Shown in pieces: positions 62,126-64,000 of a DNA stretch of 64,000 nucleotides (positions are counted from its first letter, which is position 1; every line of letters begins with the position of its first letter). The stretch lies in NCBI GenBank assembly GCA_963767925.1, contig CAVYGB010000002.1, forward strand, positions 1 to 64,000, in the 5' to 3' direction. The notes beneath the pieces are model-generated. The model did not search any database, was not told the origin of the DNA, and saw only the letters and a program-made list of their open reading frames with translations. This DNA comes from an uncultured delta proteobacterium. Lineage in GTDB: Bacteria > Myxococcota_A > Polyangia > Fen-1088. A program made the position numbers and the translations under genes.

Positions 62126-62303
62126 CCGGGAGGCAGAGATGAGCTGGACACGCGCACGGGCCCGAGATGGCGAAGGTGACGGCGCGGGAAAGCGAGAGGG
62201 CGCGGGGCACGTGTCTGCGCGCCTGGCGCCGGCGGCGGGAGCTGGCCCGGTGCGATCGACGGGCCTCGCCTCCGCGCGGCTGCCCGCCGTGCGCGCTGGC
62301 TGG

Positions 62304-63782
62304 ATGCGAACCGTGGGCCTCGCGGCCGCGCTGCTGTCGGCCTGCGGGGGCGCGTCGTCGGGGGCTTCCGGGCCGCTCGAGCCGCCGGGCCCCGCTGGCG
62401 ACCCACCCCCCGCGACGCCCGGGTCGCCCGCCCCCCCCGGATCGGCAAGTCCACCTGGCTCATCCCTGCCGCCCGGCTCCCCCACACCGCCCGGCTCCCC
62501 CACACCGCCCGGCTCCCCCACACCGCCCGGCTCCACCGCGCCACCGGTGACCGGCGCTCCCGGCCCCACGGACGCGGGCGCCCGACCACCCGACGGGGGC
62601 GCAGCGGACGCGCCCTCGCGCCCGACCGCGCCGGGGACGCCCCTGCCGGGGCCGAGCGACGAGCTCTACGACCCGGAGCGGTTGCCCCGGTTCGACATCG
62701 AGCTGCCGGCGGCGTCGGTGGCGGCGCTGGGGCAGGACCCGCGGGCCTACGTGCGCGGCACCTTTCGTTACGGGGACGAGGTGGTGGCCGACGTGGGGGT
62801 GCGGCTCAAGGGGGAGGCGACGTTGCGGCCGCTGTCGCGCAAGGCGCCGTTCAAGATCAAGTTCGACGCCTTCGTGCCCGACCAGAGCTTCCGGGGGCTG
62901 CGCCGGCTGACCCTGAACAACGTGCTCGAGGACGCCTCCTTCCTCGCCGAGCGGCTCTCGTTCCACGTATTCCGGGCGGCGGGGTTGCCCGCGCCCCGGG
63001 CCAACAGCGCCCTGGTCTCGGTCAACGGGCAGCTCTACGGCGTCTACGCCAACGTCGAGACCGAGGACAAGACCTTCCTGCGGCGCTGGTTCGCCAGCGA
63101 CGCGGGCAACCTCTACGAGGAGGGGCAGGTCGACTTTCTCCCCGGCAACGAGGGCCGCTTCGAGCTCGAGACCAACGAGCAGCGCAACGACCGCACCGAC
63201 CTGCGCGGGATGATCACGGCGCTGCAGGGCGCCCGGGACGCCACCCTGCTGGCCGATCTCGGCGGGGCCCTCGACACCGCCCACTTCCTGCGCTTCACCG
63301 CCGCCGAGGCGGTGGTCAACCAGTGGGACATGTACGGGTACACCCGGTTTTACCCGAACAACTTTCGCATCTACCACGACCCCGCCGCGGGCAAGTTCGT
63401 GTTCCTGCCCTGGGGCATGGACATGTCGCTGAAGGACTTCCGCGGGCGCGGCGATCACATCGGCGTGTTCACGCCGGCCCGCCAGTTCAACAACCCGGCC
63501 GGCCCGGTCACCGGTGGGGTGATCTTCCTGCGCTGCCTGCGCAGCCCCACCTGCAAGGCGGCCTACACCGCCCAGCTCGAAGAGGTCCTGCGGCTGTTCG
63601 AGTCGCTCGGCCTGCCCGAGCTGGCGGCGCGCTGGTACGCGCAGGTCAGGCCCCACGTCTACGCCGACCCCCGCAAGGAGGTCACCAACGCCGGGTTCGA
63701 GCGGGGCTACGCCACCGTCCTGCGCATCCTCCGCGAGCGCCCCGCCGCCATCCGCGCCGACCTCGCCCGCCCCCTGCCCTGA
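62304..63782 (+). CDS. CotH kinase family lipoprotein with PPGSPT repeats
   Basis: LSAC lipobox, VGVRLKG, FKIKFD, YANVE, NNF..Y, PWGMD. Confidence 0.9.
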   Translation: MRTVGLAAALLSACGGASSGASGPLEPPGPAGDPPPATPGSPAPPGSASPPGSSLPPGSPTPPGSPTPPGSPTPPGSTAPPVTGAPGPTDAGARPPDGGAADAPSRPTAPGTPLPGPSDELYDPERLPRFDIELPAASVAALGQDPRAYVRGTFRYGDEVVADVGVRLKGEATLRPLSRKAPFKIKFDAFVPDQSFRGLRRLTLNNVLEDASFLAERLSFHVFRAAGLPAPRANSALVSVNGQLYGVYANVETEDKTFLRRWFASDAGNLYEEGQVDFLPGNEGRFELETNEQRNDRTDLRGMITALQGARDATLLADLGGALDTAHFLRFTAAEAVVNQWDMYGYTRFYPNNFRIYHDPAAGKFVFLPWGMDMSLKDFRGRGDHIGVFTPARQFNNPAGPVTGGVIFLRCLRSPTCKAAYTAQLEEVLRLFESLGLPELAARWYAQVRPHVYADPRKEVTNAGFERGYATVLRILRERPAAIRADLARPLP

Positions 63783-63922
63783 TCGGCCTGCGCCCGTCGC
63801 GAACGCGCCGACTCGGCAAACGTGTTGGGGCTGTTGCAAAGGGGGCGCAACCGTCACCCAGCCTTTGCCGGTGGGGAGAACGGGGCGGCGTTGAATGAGG
63901 AACGCTTCGGCGCGGAGGTTCC

Positions 63923-64000
63923 ATGGCCATCGTCTCCCGGGTGCTCGCCGTCGTTTTGCCGATCCTGTGCGTGGGGGCTGCCCCGGCCCGGGGGCACGGC
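63923..64000 (+). CDS. Start of an exported protein (truncated by the window)
   Basis: RBS GGAGG + ATG, signal-peptide-like MAIVSRVLAVVLPILCVGAA. Confidence 0.5.
   Translation, partial: MAIVSRVLAVVLPILCVGAAPARGHG

Noticed and set aside
62468..62536. 18-bp tandem repeat
   Set aside because: An ordinary in-frame PPGSPT linker of the CotH lipoprotein.

Overview
High-GC bacterial chromosome segment, probably Myxococcota (inferred from a MYXO-CTERM-like tail, Cys-rich repeats and TPR/OmpA/CotH lipoproteins). Positions 1 to ~7.2 kb are a visibly lower-GC block with a minus-strand type I-G (I-U) CRISPR-Cas operon: cas3 (frameshifted), csb3/cas8, csb1/cas7 and csb2. The csb2 ORF is missing from the supplied track because it runs off the window edge, and it appears to carry two tandem Cas6-like domains. 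No cas1/2/4 or canonical array lies in the window. Upstream of cas3 is a cryptic single-spacer mini-array (6872-6968). Its spacer seed matches a TTA-PAM-flanked site in the predicted operon promoter (7108-7125), and a purine-rich mini-ORF with clustered rare codons lies between the two. This is the best candidate for a novel system: an RNA-guided autoregulatory or CreTA-like module in type I-G. The rest is mostly housekeeping or accessory genes: manC, pilD, rsfS-rlmH, gpmA, E1-alpha, ddl, prolyl oligopeptidase, OPT/MFS transporters, a sulfate ABC transporter, a TsdA-like cytochrome cluster, UDP-GlcA decarboxylase and CotH. There are also several gene remnants and a 760-nt G-free heptamer array. 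All calls come from manual motif reading; no database searches were run.
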